Assembly (NCBI GenBank): GCA_964389675.1 | Contig: CAYMEV010000026.1 | Location: forward strand, 1 to 40,549 | Origin: an uncultured Candidatus Sumerlaeota bacterium | GTDB taxonomy: Bacteria > CAYMEV01 | Length of the DNA stretch: 40,549 bases | Reading direction: 5' to 3' | Part shown: positions 9,792-19,589 of the stretch, one piece after another | Position numbering within the stretch: position 1 is the stretch's first letter | How the letters are laid out: every line of letters begins with the position of its first letter | Made by a program: the position numbers and the translations under genes | Notes under the pieces: generated by a model | Databases searched by the model: none | What the model was told of the DNA's origin: nothing | Seen by the model: the letters and a program-made list of their open reading frames with translations, nothing else

Positions 9792-11513
9792 TTAATTGAA
9801 ACGGGATTTTAGGCTTTTCATTGATTCAGAGTCATTTACTCCCGAGAAAAGACCTAGATCTCTTAGATGCCTCTCAAAAAAATTCCTGTTTTCTTTTAAT
9901 ATATCGAAAGAAAAGTTATAGCCTGATGGAGCCTCATCAATATAGAAACCATACCTGCTTTTAAGTATTTCTATAAACTGCCTGAGTGAAAGAGTTCTTT
10001 CCTGTCCTGCGATATGCCTGTGAACAAGATACTCCAGAGCTGTGCTGGATAGGACAATGGATCTTCTCTTTGATGTTCTGCCATTAATTGTAGTTTTTCT
10101 TTCCTTTAATATTCCATTATATTCATTTGTCATCATTGCACTATTCAAAAATTCTGCATACTTGTCATATCCGGCATGTTTTCCCATTGCGAGCACTATC
10201 ATCCGTGCCAGCCTGTATGCGGGGTGCACCCCAGTATCTGACAGAATATCTGCTATATGCCTGTAGCCACGTTCCCTGAATGCATAGGCAAGAAGATTGC
10301 AATCACCCTCCAGGTCACTATATGCTTTTGTGTAATGTGCACTCTGCTGGTCTATAATACTTCCCAGCATATTCAGGTATGTCCTCGGGTCAGGAAGCTT
10401 ATCACCTTTATATTCTATACCTTTTTCTATTACATACATGTCTAATATCCTCATTACCATAACAACAATGGTTAGATCGGGTATAAGCTCAAATACTGCA
10501 TCAACAGAATTCTCAGAGCAGTTCCTAATCTCCCGTTCTGTAGAGCCTGAACAGTCTACAAACAGCTGGAAAGGCTCATGAGAGCAAATTTTATGCAATT
10601 TAGACCAGTCAATAGCCTGTCTTATGAGTGCAGTGTATATATTCGAGATCCCTATGGATATACATGATTCTAACATTGGCAAGAGAGTTTTTCTTGGTAT
10701 CCTGTCAAGGTATTGATCAATGAATATTGTGAAATCTTCACGAAAGATCTGGGTCTCCTTCCTTGCAACAGGATATATATTCCTGATCCTTTTCTCGCCT
10801 TTATCAAATAGCGGAGCGCTTCCAAGGTATTCAGCAATCCTTATAGATAGCAGCTGGTCTATACCGACGTCGGAGGACTCATCAAAACTGTCCCCACTTA
10901 GATTAAATAGCTCCCCTCTGATAGTCCCCCTTCCAAAGAATGATAAAAGTGCATTCTTATAAAACGCGCAGCTGATATTATATCTGTCCTTCTTAATAGG
11001 TTCTGCGTTCAGATAATAGCCATCCTTCTGCTCAGATAGAATAGAAACTATAAGCTCAGGAACTCCTCTGAGGTTCGATGACCATATTGGAAGATCTACC
11101 CAGGATGAGAAATAATGGCTTGCTATCATTCTGAGAATTATCTCATGCCTGTTGTGGGAGAGATTCTTATTCTCAAAGAGTGATGCAAGCAATAAATCAG
11201 CAAGTATATCCAATTTTGCATTACTATCATAACCGTTGAGTTTAAATCCAGATAGTTTCTCCGCTACCCGATAAGCTGAAGGAGCAATATCTCTGTACTT
11301 TTTACCACCAGGATTACCAAGCTTATTGATTAACTCCCCCTTGCCCCTTCTATATCCCCACCTGAAGAGGTACAGCATATTTGTAAGAAGGCTTTTAACA
11401 GGAAATCTCTGTGTAGCAAATGGCATCAGGTAATAAAAGCCAGCCCTAAGATAATGATTCATCTTCTTTTTACTGATAACATTCTCAATGATTTCCTTTA
11501 TATCATTATCCAT
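9792..11513 (-). CDS. MAD7/DptG(DndG)-like protein, copy 2
   Basis: Probable ATG at 11513 after GGAG (the track starts it at TTG 11528). Paralogous to 11529-13268 along its length (HYFSSWVDLP, DVGIDQLLSIRIAE, LEYLVHRH). C-terminal LRDLGLFSGVNDSESMK resembles the DptG/MAD7 C-terminal motif. Confidence 0.7.
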   Translation of the reverse strand: MDNDIKEIIENVISKKKMNHYLRAGFYYLMPFATQRFPVKSLLTNMLYLFRWGYRRGKGELINKLGNPGGKKYRDIAPSAYRVAEKLSGFKLNGYDSNAKLDILADLLLASLFENKNLSHNRHEIILRMIASHYFSSWVDLPIWSSNLRGVPELIVSILSEQKDGYYLNAEPIKKDRYNISCAFYKNALLSFFGRGTIRGELFNLSGDSFDESSDVGIDQLLSIRIAEYLGSAPLFDKGEKRIRNIYPVARKETQIFREDFTIFIDQYLDRIPRKTLLPMLESCISIGISNIYTALIRQAIDWSKLHKICSHEPFQLFVDCSGSTEREIRNCSENSVDAVFELIPDLTIVVMVMRILDMYVIEKGIEYKGDKLPDPRTYLNMLGSIIDQQSAHYTKAYSDLEGDCNLLAYAFRERGYRHIADILSDTGVHPAYRLARMIVLAMGKHAGYDKYAEFLNSAMMTNEYNGILKERKTTINGRTSKRRSIVLSSTALEYLVHRHIAGQERTLSLRQFIEILKSRYGFYIDEAPSGYNFSFDILKENRNFFERHLRDLGLFSGVNDSESMKSLKSRFN

Positions 11514-11528
11514 TAGCGCAGTCTCCAA

Positions 11529-13268
11529 TTATGTGGTGCACTTGAATCTTGGTTTCAGCCTTTTCATAGTCTCTGAATCATTTACTCCCGTAAAAAGGCC
11601 AAGATCCCTTAGCTGGTTCTCAAAATACATTCTGTTATTCCTAAGGTTCAGGCTTGAGAAGGAATAACCTTCCGGGGCCTCAGCTATATATAGACCGTAT
11701 CTTTCCCTGAGGATATCTAATAGCTCAATTAGATTAAGATCTCTATCCTTATTATTATCCTTTTTTAGATGCCTGTGTACCAGATATTCAAGGGCATTAT
11801 TAGAAAGGTTTACTGATCTCTTTATGGTAGATCTGTAATTTACCGTTGTATTTCTTTTGATGCAAAGCGGATTCGTATCATTTGCCATCATTGCACTGTC
11901 CAGAAAAGACAGAAATTTTGCATTCTGAAGCTTATTTCCCATCATCAGGACTGTCGTTTCGGCAAGCCTCTGGACTGGCGACATATTTCCGTCCTCAAGG
12001 ATTGCCCTGATATTCTGGTGTTCATCGCTGGTTGATAATTCGCTTAGGATACTATTACAGTATCCATCTGCCTTATCGGTTATTTTTCTGGCTTCTGCAT
12101 TTCTTTCATGAAATATCTCCCCAAGGAAATTCAGATGTTCAGTAGGATAAGGAAGATAGCCCGGAATATCCTTACATTTTATCTCTTTCATAAGGAATTC
12201 TATTATTTTCATTATCATTGTGATTACTGGGAGCTTTGATATAGTTCCTGTAATGTCTTCCATCATAGTTTCCGACATCATTCTGAGACTTCTGTCAGAG
12301 GATCGGCTGCAGTCAACAAGTAACGGAAGGATGCGTTGCTCATTTTTTTCCTTTATTTTTCCCCTATCCATCCAAAATAGAGCAATATCAGCAAGAGAAA
12401 GAAAAATGCTCGTAATTCCTAAAGAAATACAGCTCTCTATCATTGGCGTCAGGGTAGGCCTTGGTATTGAGTCATAATAGTTTCTTATTAAAAGATTGAA
12501 GTCCTCAAAGAAATAGCGTGAAGTGTTCTTTGCTACCGGATGAATATTGATTATATCATCGTGGTTTGCTGACTTTAAGGGGGCATTCTCCAAAAACTGT
12601 GCAATCCTAATAGTCAGTAATTCATCTATCCCTACCGCAGCGTGCTCATCAAACTTGTCAGAGCTCTTGCTGTTCTTATCACCATCAACATACACACCAT
12701 TACCATACAATTTTAGAAGAAGATTATCATCAAAGCCAGAAAGGGTTTTATAAAATCCTCTCTGTATGTCAGGATGCAAAGATCTTCCCTTATTCTGGTT
12801 GACAAGCATTGATACGATTGCCTCAGGAACATCCCTTAGGTTTGCAGGCTTGACCGGCAGGTCAATCCATGAGGAGAAATAGTGGGTGGGATAGGCCCGT
12901 ATAACGGGGGCCCTCCTGTCTGAGGATCTCTTCCTGTTCTCAAGACAGTAAGCAATAAGAGCATCGCCGAGTATGTCCTTTTTAACCTTGTTGTCAAATC
13001 CTTTGATTTTATTAGATGATATTCTCTTTGCAATTGTATTTGCTGATGGAGATTTCTCCTGCTCATCATGGAACTTTTTAAAAAATTCGCCTTTCCCTCT
13101 CCTTTTTGACCATCGCATAAGGTATAATACAGCAGGCATGAGGCTCCTTACCGGAAATTCCTGAATCACGAACGGGAACAGAGGCCTGAATCCTGCATTC
13201 CAGACATCTTTTACATATGCGGGCCTGATGGCATAATGCAGTAGATTCTTGTAATCAATCTGCATCAT
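11529..13268 (-). CDS. MAD7/DptG(DndG)-like protein, copy 1
   Basis: 579 aa, start overlaps the stop of the kinase gene (translational coupling). Motifs RWSKRRGKG, PTHYFSSWIDLP, LEYLVHRH and LRDLGLFTGVNDSETMKRLKPRF. Sits between the kinase-ATPase and the HerA-like ATPase. Confidence 0.75.
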   Translation of the reverse strand: MMQIDYKNLLHYAIRPAYVKDVWNAGFRPLFPFVIQEFPVRSLMPAVLYLMRWSKRRGKGEFFKKFHDEQEKSPSANTIAKRISSNKIKGFDNKVKKDILGDALIAYCLENRKRSSDRRAPVIRAYPTHYFSSWIDLPVKPANLRDVPEAIVSMLVNQNKGRSLHPDIQRGFYKTLSGFDDNLLLKLYGNGVYVDGDKNSKSSDKFDEHAAVGIDELLTIRIAQFLENAPLKSANHDDIINIHPVAKNTSRYFFEDFNLLIRNYYDSIPRPTLTPMIESCISLGITSIFLSLADIALFWMDRGKIKEKNEQRILPLLVDCSRSSDRSLRMMSETMMEDITGTISKLPVITMIMKIIEFLMKEIKCKDIPGYLPYPTEHLNFLGEIFHERNAEARKITDKADGYCNSILSELSTSDEHQNIRAILEDGNMSPVQRLAETTVLMMGNKLQNAKFLSFLDSAMMANDTNPLCIKRNTTVNYRSTIKRSVNLSNNALEYLVHRHLKKDNNKDRDLNLIELLDILRERYGLYIAEAPEGYSFSSLNLRNNRMYFENQLRDLGLFTGVNDSETMKRLKPRFKCTT

Positions 13269-16200
13269 CTGTCCTCAATAATACTGAGTGTCTGGATATT
13301 ATGGTTTTTGTCTATAAATATCCTGAAGATACTGTCTCTTTGGGCGGGGTTGTATGCAAAGAGCTCCTGCTGGTCCTCCTGGGAGAGCCTCTGCTTAAAT
13401 ATTGATAGATTTGCAAAGCTGTCATCGGATCCAATATCTGATAATTGATATCCCTTTGCGATACTTCTCAAAAGTTCAAATAAGTCAGAACTGATCAGCA
13501 AGAATTCCTTTTTATTGTTTTTCAGCTCATATTCAAGTATTAGATGGTTATGCATGTATTCAATATCATAATCCTGTATGGCTTTGGGGACATAGAGACT
13601 GAAATTGTCCAGCTTCTTTCTTACCCAAAAGATGGTTTCTGTTGGTGTGTACTGGGTGATCCTTAAGGGTATAGTGTCCTTTCTCTCATGTTCAAGACTG
13701 ATAGTTGACTCAAGTTTCGATATGCCCTCACAGACCTGCCTGCAAATCTCCTGTTTTCTGCTGTCTGTTCCTTTCTCAAAATCCAGGAAATCCTTCAGAT
13801 AATTAGTGTTTGAAAGGCTTAATGGATAATAGCTACTGTCCTGGTTATCGCCTATTGTGTTTATCTTATCATCGTCCCACTCAAAATAGGCCATTCTTCT
13901 CAGGCTGCATAAGCTATTGATAGATTCAGATGCGTCATTTTTTAAAAGATATCTGTCGATTTTCGGATGCGATTCAAGTGCAGGGTCGAAGTATAGGAGC
14001 TCATTAAGAACATCTCCCTGTCTGCTTTTTGTCTCTTTATTAAATGCCCGGTCCCAATAATATTCAGGATTATCTGTATATACATCCCTGCAGAATTTTG
14101 CTCCAAAGAAGATGTATATGAGAGCTGCCCTGATCTCTCTGGCTGTAATATGTACTTTGCCCTTCAAGTGCACAGCCTGAAGAGCAAAGAGAATCCTTTT
14201 TCTTATAATTGGCCCTGTTCTAATGTCTGTTAGTCTTTTATATGAGAAATATGCCGTGCATCTGTCCTTTGCTATGCAGGTGCTGCAGTTATCCCAGTCA
14301 TTGCTTTTTCCGAGTATCTTCGTTATCAGCTTGTCCAGAAACATATTATAACTGCCACTGCTGACTCCGACAAGGCTTCTGTCATTCAGGTCGATGAACT
14401 TTATCCTTTTATCAAGGGTATTGCATTCCTGCCTGAATAATCTTGGTATCAGCTGATCTGATAACCAGGTCTGTTCATGGTCTTCCAGCCAGTTTAGGAG
14501 GGGTCCATCGTTGATTGCTATTATTCTTATGATGCTACTGTCGAAATCTCCCTCTATAAAAGGCTGGAAAAACTCTCCCAGCAGTTCTAAGGACGACCTA
14601 TCTCCAAATGAGGCCGCGCCATCAAGATTTACATAAAGATCAGATCCGCCTATCTTGTTCTCTATTATTCTATCTTTTGAATCAAAGTTCCCAATTTTCA
14701 GTTTTGTTAAGAGGTTTTGCAGCAGTGCAGTTTTTCCGTCTCCAGCGTTTCCGCATAGTATTATAAGGTTCACTTTTTTTTCTATAATATCGCGATAAAT
14801 AAACTCATCCAGGTTTGTCTCAATATAGGTCTCCTTTGCAAAATCAGAGTCAAGTCCCCGTGTCTCCACATTGCCGATTGCAGATCCTGGATAGCTCTGC
14901 AGCACGCTATAGAGCCAGTTATTTATTTTTTCACCCAGGATGGTTTTTGATTCAGAGCTTTCAGACTCAGCTTTATTCTTTAGCTCATTATCTTGTGTAA
15001 GTTCTGACAGAAATTCTAAGGCAATCATTGAACTCTCAAACCTATTCATGATATCCGGATCAGTGGCCTTCTGCATAAATTTATACAGCCTTGGGTACTT
15101 CTCTGTATCATCCCAGCTTAGTCCTTTCTCTTTGTGATCAAGGTCCTCAAAAGGAGGCTTATTAAAAAGAACCTCAAAGAAAGATACTGCCAGGCTGAAA
15201 ATATCATCAGAAAAGACAATTTTATTTTTCTCAGCCTCTCTTGAGCAATATTGCCTGGATCTGAAATATGGCGGAGAGCCATTTTCATTCACAGCCCCTA
15301 GATCGATCAGGTGTATCTGTTTTTTCCTTACGATAATATTGCCGGGTTTTACATCCCCGTGCACCAGGCCATTCTTATGCAGCTGGGTGAGTCCAAGGCA
15401 TAACTTTATCATATAATTTATAACTGATTGTTCAATCTCCTCTCCTTCAGTCACAGAGAGGAGATTGCCTTTTAAATCCTTAAGGGCTATTCCTTCTATC
15501 CAGTTTATTATCAGGCATATCTCATTTTCTTGCCATTTATCACTCATATCAATTATTCTGCTTGCAAAGTAATCTCCGGCTATCTGCCTGATTCTCCTGT
15601 AGCTCGCCATGACTTTTTCCAGGCATATTGAATCTTTGCCCTTAATTGCCTTAGCGACAAAGGGACCAGCAATATCATTTTGATTGGAGTCAATCTCCAT
15701 TACCTGGAATACATGAAAGTAAATACCGCTGTCTAGCCTTCTAATTATTCGGTAAGTTCTGCCGTTTAGCTCCTTTACTGTCTGCTCATCCCAGTATTGG
15801 GGATCGATAATGCTTTTTTGCTTCTTTTCCCTATACAGCTTCTCAAGTTTCTCAATAATTTGATCAATCTGATAATCTCTATAACAGTCTAATATGGTCT
15901 CAAGCAATGGTTTTGCTTTATCGCGCTTATCAAATAATATTAGGAGGCTTTTTGTCAGGGAATAGATATCGCTGTGCTCTGTAAATGAAGCTCCATGTAC
16001 AGTGTCCGGCGGGCCATAGTCTGCACTTTTATGGATGTTCTCTATGGCAATATTTGCAATTGTATCAGTATCACTCAGCTTCATATATTGAAGCTGGGTG
16101 AAAATAGGCAGCCCGTTGCTTTTTATCTTAATGGTTCCGGGATTAAGATACCTGTGCAGATATTTGCCATTATCAAATTCATGCAGCTCTTTGAGGCACT

Positions 16201-17125
16201 TATAGCAGTTTATGCATGCAAGTATCCTGTCATTAGCCTCCCAGGACCTATCCTTTGCCCTTTCTTCCAGAGTTTTTGATTCATAGTCATTGTAGGAATA
16301 GAAGTACATCTCGCCGGGGTATTCCGGGGCTTCTTGGTAGGAGTCAATTATAGATGGAAGACAGCTTATCTTCTGCAGTCTTATCAGAACATTGGCTTCA
16401 CGTTCGGCTATTTTACGGGGGTCTTCGCTTGCCCTGTATGCGGAGAGATCATAGACATGGAGTATTACTTTATCTTTTCCTGGATTCTTCTTTGCCTGAA
16501 ATACTCTATGAAAAGGCTCATTAATACTCTTTAGCGGCTTTATTATCTCGAATTCGTGAAATTTTCTGATATGTGATGATTTTGTTATGTAATAATCTTT
16601 TGCAAAAATTTTGTTGAATGCGTTGATCTGGTTATAGTTGAGAATATCAGGGCAATTAATGCAGAGAAGCTTTCTCCATTCCTTCAGCCCGTATATTTCC
16701 GCCCCCTCTATGTTTTGCCTTTTACTGTCATTTTCATATATCTCCTCTGAATCTTTGGAAAAGAGGAATTTACCTTTTACAAAAGGTCCGCTTCCTGTTT
16801 TATTCTTGAATGTAGAACCAATAATTTTTGCTTTTCTGCAGATTTTGATCCCCTGATTGGTTACAACACTGCTTTCCATATCATCCAGTGTATTTCTATC
16901 CCAATTCTTAACTTCAATCACATGGATACCTTTATTGCTGACAATAAGCATATCGACTTCGAGAGGAATATTGCTGGTTATGTCAGCACTCAGATAAATA
17001 TTGGTGTAGACATACCAGGTATTGTTATCTTCTGATTTTTCCAGTTTAGATTTAATGTAATTAAGCGTAATTTTTTCATTATCATTAACAAATGGGCTGA
17101 AAGGAGTGTGTATAACTTTTGCCAT
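13265..17125 (-). CDS. MAD6-like protein: NERD nuclease + pseudokinase + Ser/Thr kinase + DptF(DndF)-like P-loop NTPase
   Basis: NERD motif EVDMLIV..IHVIEVKNW. First kinase domain degenerate (LHRYLNPGTI, no DFG). Second kinase intact (VAKAI, VHGDVKPGNII, IDLG, DIFSLA). C-terminal LIILCGNAGDGKT, NLDGAASF and IIAINDGPL resemble DptF. Confidence 0.85.
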   Translation of the reverse strand: MAKVIHTPFSPFVNDNEKITLNYIKSKLEKSEDNNTWYVYTNIYLSADITSNIPLEVDMLIVSNKGIHVIEVKNWDRNTLDDMESSVVTNQGIKICRKAKIIGSTFKNKTGSGPFVKGKFLFSKDSEEIYENDSKRQNIEGAEIYGLKEWRKLLCINCPDILNYNQINAFNKIFAKDYYITKSSHIRKFHEFEIIKPLKSINEPFHRVFQAKKNPGKDKVILHVYDLSAYRASEDPRKIAEREANVLIRLQKISCLPSIIDSYQEAPEYPGEMYFYSYNDYESKTLEERAKDRSWEANDRILACINCYKCLKELHEFDNGKYLHRYLNPGTIKIKSNGLPIFTQLQYMKLSDTDTIANIAIENIHKSADYGPPDTVHGASFTEHSDIYSLTKSLLILFDKRDKAKPLLETILDCYRDYQIDQIIEKLEKLYREKKQKSIIDPQYWDEQTVKELNGRTYRIIRRLDSGIYFHVFQVMEIDSNQNDIAGPFVAKAIKGKDSICLEKVMASYRRIRQIAGDYFASRIIDMSDKWQENEICLIINWIEGIALKDLKGNLLSVTEGEEIEQSVINYMIKLCLGLTQLHKNGLVHGDVKPGNIIVRKKQIHLIDLGAVNENGSPPYFRSRQYCSREAEKNKIVFSDDIFSLAVSFFEVLFNKPPFEDLDHKEKGLSWDDTEKYPRLYKFMQKATDPDIMNRFESSMIALEFLSELTQDNELKNKAESESSESKTILGEKINNWLYSVLQSYPGSAIGNVETRGLDSDFAKETYIETNLDEFIYRDIIEKKVNLIILCGNAGDGKTALLQNLLTKLKIGNFDSKDRIIENKIGGSDLYVNLDGAASFGDRSSLELLGEFFQPFIEGDFDSSIIRIIAINDGPLLNWLEDHEQTWLSDQLIPRLFRQECNTLDKRIKFIDLNDRSLVGVSSGSYNMFLDKLITKILGKSNDWDNCSTCIAKDRCTAYFSYKRLTDIRTGPIIRKRILFALQAVHLKGKVHITAREIRAALIYIFFGAKFCRDVYTDNPEYYWDRAFNKETKSRQGDVLNELLYFDPALESHPKIDRYLLKNDASESINSLCSLRRMAYFEWDDDKINTIGDNQDSSYYPLSLSNTNYLKDFLDFEKGTDSRKQEICRQVCEGISKLESTISLEHERKDTIPLRITQYTPTETIFWVRKKLDNFSLYVPKAIQDYDIEYMHNHLILEYELKNNKKEFLLISSDLFELLRSIAKGYQLSDIGSDDSFANLSIFKQRLSQEDQQELFAYNPAQRDSIFRIFIDKNHNIQTLSIIEDR

Positions 17126-17155
17126 TAAATAACTCCGGTATTTTTATGATTATAT

Positions 17156-17184
17156 ATTTATATACAAAAAGCATGCATTTGTAA
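17156..17184 (-). promoter_or_regulatory. candidate sigma70 promoter for the kinase operon, with an overlapping imperfect palindrome
   Basis: Minus strand TTTACA-N17-TATAAA about 30 nt upstream of the ATG at 17125. TACAAA-AAGCATGCA-TTTGTA (17163-17183) overlaps the spacer. AT-rich context weakens the call. Confidence 0.35.
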
Positions 17185-17410
17185 ATAATATCTTTCCTTC
17201 TTCGGGGGGTAATAATATTTTTAGATCCACTGAATACTAATAATATTGTTTGAAATACAGGATCCGATAAGTAAGTTTATGCCCTGATTTGGAGTAGACC
17301 TTATTCAGTATCAGAACTTGTATCTAAAATTACACTAATTTATCTGCCAAAGCAGAAAGAATCAGAGAATAATTAGGCTATGCAAAAATTTATTGTTAGC
17401 ATGATCTGAA

Positions 17411-18022
17411 TTAGTTGCCCTCTTTATCCCATACACCTCTGAAACTGAAATTGTAATTAATCACCTCATTTCCTATTTTAACAGGCAGGAATATACCGAA
17501 TGTTACCTCAGGCATCTTAGTAGGATTTGGAAGCATCCTGGACTGCCATTTCATGCTTGAGATAGCTTCTGGCACAAAGCTAAGCCCATAGCAGGGTATA
17601 ATAATATCAGATATTGTACCCTTTGGCGGGACTGATGACGGAGATTTATGTTCATTGCACTGGCTGTATTTTATTCCACTGTGCATTACAGCATTGCCTG
17701 ATCTTCCCATATAATCAGTGAAGGATACCAGGTTCCAGTCTATAATCATTGGCGAATCTGTAAGATTTCGCAAGGTAAAGCTGACTCCTTCATAATTATC
17801 ATACTGCGAGAATCCGTCAACCCCCTTATAAAAGGTCTCCGAAACATAAAACCTCACTGATATCATGTCATCAGAATAATGCATTGCTGATGGATCAAAT
17901 GTGTAATTGGCATTGCTCTCCGTTGGATTTGATTCCTCCATTGAGAATCTGTAGCCTTTAAGCTGCGGGGCACAAGATGTAAGTAATACTAATAGCAGGG
18001 AAATAAATAGACTCCACTTCAT
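17411..18022 (-). CDS. putative lipoprotein
   Basis: Likely start MKWSLFISLLLVLLTSC at ATG 18022 after AAAGGAG. Lipobox LTSC, then a beta-rich soluble domain (VSFTLRNLTDSPMIIDWNLVSF). Confidence 0.75.
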   Translation of the reverse strand: MKWSLFISLLLVLLTSCAPQLKGYRFSMEESNPTESNANYTFDPSAMHYSDDMISVRFYVSETFYKGVDGFSQYDNYEGVSFTLRNLTDSPMIIDWNLVSFTDYMGRSGNAVMHSGIKYSQCNEHKSPSSVPPKGTISDIIIPCYGLSFVPEAISSMKWQSRMLPNPTKMPEVTFGIFLPVKIGNEVINYNFSFRGVWDKEGN

Positions 18023-18278
18023 TTTCTTTTCTCCTTTCTTTTTTGGTAAATGATAAAATACTCCAATAATGTAAAGTATATGTCCCAAAATGGAAAAAAT
18101 CAAGGATATACTAATAAAATAATTAGTAAAGTTTTGCTGGTATAACCTCTAAATGGCTATCTCGAAATATTATAATATGTTAGATATCAGGAAACGTAAT
18201 ATTTTGAGCTAGGCTATCATCGAAAAAAAGTTATAGCAATAACGATTTATGCGAGATTTTGTATAGTGATTGTTATAT

Positions 18279-19295
18279 CTATGGTATATACAGACAGGCA
18301 ACAGCATGGAGTATTGATGATGATATCATCTTATAGAGAAGGTCATAATGGTGCTCTGCTAGGGTTATTCCCCAGCTTATAGAATGTGCAAGGGTATTTC
18401 GAATATTATAAGTAATTTTTATTGCAGTATCAATATTGTAGGTAATTTTGTTATCATCCCTTTCAATATAATATAGGAGCTCATTCAATGTTATAGGCTT
18501 CTTAGACAGTTTCCAGCAATCATTCTCTGAAAGTGATAAATATTCCCAGAGCTGATTTAGATATAAGTTAAGCGTGTGTCTCTTGGGTTTAATGCTATGC
18601 AAAATATTCTCTTTTAATAAACTTTCGAAAAGAATGCAGCCTTTAAGCAAATTAAAATAGAATGGTTCCAATGTTCCTGGTGTTACAACTGCCCTAAATA
18701 GAGATGAAATGTAGTTGCTCTCAAGCAAATAAGATATAAATGTTGTAACAATTGAACGTTTTCCGCAATTGGAGGATCTCAACATCGGAAGCAAAAAATT
18801 CTTTCTTATGCTCTCTATATTCAGGTTATTACTAGATTTAATTTTATCATAATTAACAAGGTAATATAGTTCTATATTAAAATCTAGAATGCTCTTCAGG
18901 TTTTTAACTAGTAATAATGCCTGCTGCTGTTCTATATCATTCTTGATCAGCATAAAACAAAAAGCAGGTGCAGTATCATTCTCAGGGTCTTTCCCAGCCC
19001 TTATATCCTCAGATAATGCAGCATCAAAAAAATAGGCTGCCATCTGATAGGAGTGTACTAGAAATGAGGATATCCCAAGGAAGTAAAAGGCTGTCCCTTT
19101 ATGTAATTCCTTATACCGGGTTTCATTAAGATTATTTAAGTATCCGAGAAAATAGAGAGTTGTATCTAAAAATTCGTCTGGTCTATTAGCTAATAGATCA
19201 ATTCTGATATAGCGCTCAAAGAAACTATCTGCAGACACATAATCTCTTGCTGCTATTGCAAACTCCCTCTCAATGCTACTATAAGTGTTACCCAA
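18279..19295 (-). CDS. hypothetical protein with an N-terminal TPR-like helix pair and a C-terminal HEPN-like Rx4H motif
   Basis: 338 aa, TTG start after GAGG. HKGTAFYFLG..YQMAAYFFDAALSED is TPR-like. IRNTLAH near the C-terminus of a helical domain. AT-rich coding sequence. Confidence 0.65.
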   Translation of the reverse strand: MGNTYSSIEREFAIAARDYVSADSFFERYIRIDLLANRPDEFLDTTLYFLGYLNNLNETRYKELHKGTAFYFLGISSFLVHSYQMAAYFFDAALSEDIRAGKDPENDTAPAFCFMLIKNDIEQQQALLLVKNLKSILDFNIELYYLVNYDKIKSSNNLNIESIRKNFLLPMLRSSNCGKRSIVTTFISYLLESNYISSLFRAVVTPGTLEPFYFNLLKGCILFESLLKENILHSIKPKRHTLNLYLNQLWEYLSLSENDCWKLSKKPITLNELLYYIERDDNKITYNIDTAIKITYNIRNTLAHSISWGITLAEHHYDLLYKMISSSILHAVACLYIP

Positions 19296-19523
19296 AATAA
19301 ATTGCCTCTATTTGTAATAATATATATCAAATTCAAAAAATCAATATATTGGATAGATTTAATTCTTATGGTTATTTCCGAATACATCAGAATTTTTTAA
19401 TATAATGCTGCAATATGTAATTTATAAGGGGATTGTCACCCTGAATTTATCATTAATATGATAAGCATATAAAGTGCATGGATGCTTTGATTTTTGTATC
19501 TCATTAAATCCCTGAGAAAATTA

Positions 19524-19561
19524 TTGATAATATTATCTATATATTCTATAAATAGATAATA
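19524..19561 (+). promoter_or_regulatory. candidate promoter and operator of the DUF499 operon
   Basis: TTGATA(19524-29)-N17-TATAAA(19547-52), overlapped by a perfect 10-bp inverted repeat TATTATCTAT(19531-40)/ATAGATAATA(19552-61). RBS GGAGG before ATG 19590. Confidence 0.45.
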
Positions 19562-19589
19562 ATATGAATTACAAACGGGGGAGGTAATA

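Noticed and set aside
4973-17125. Complete Dnd phosphorothioate system, complete MADS, or BREX type 2 (PglW)
   Set aside because: No dndA-E, mad1-5 or pglZ gene is recognisable in the window; only the effector module is present.
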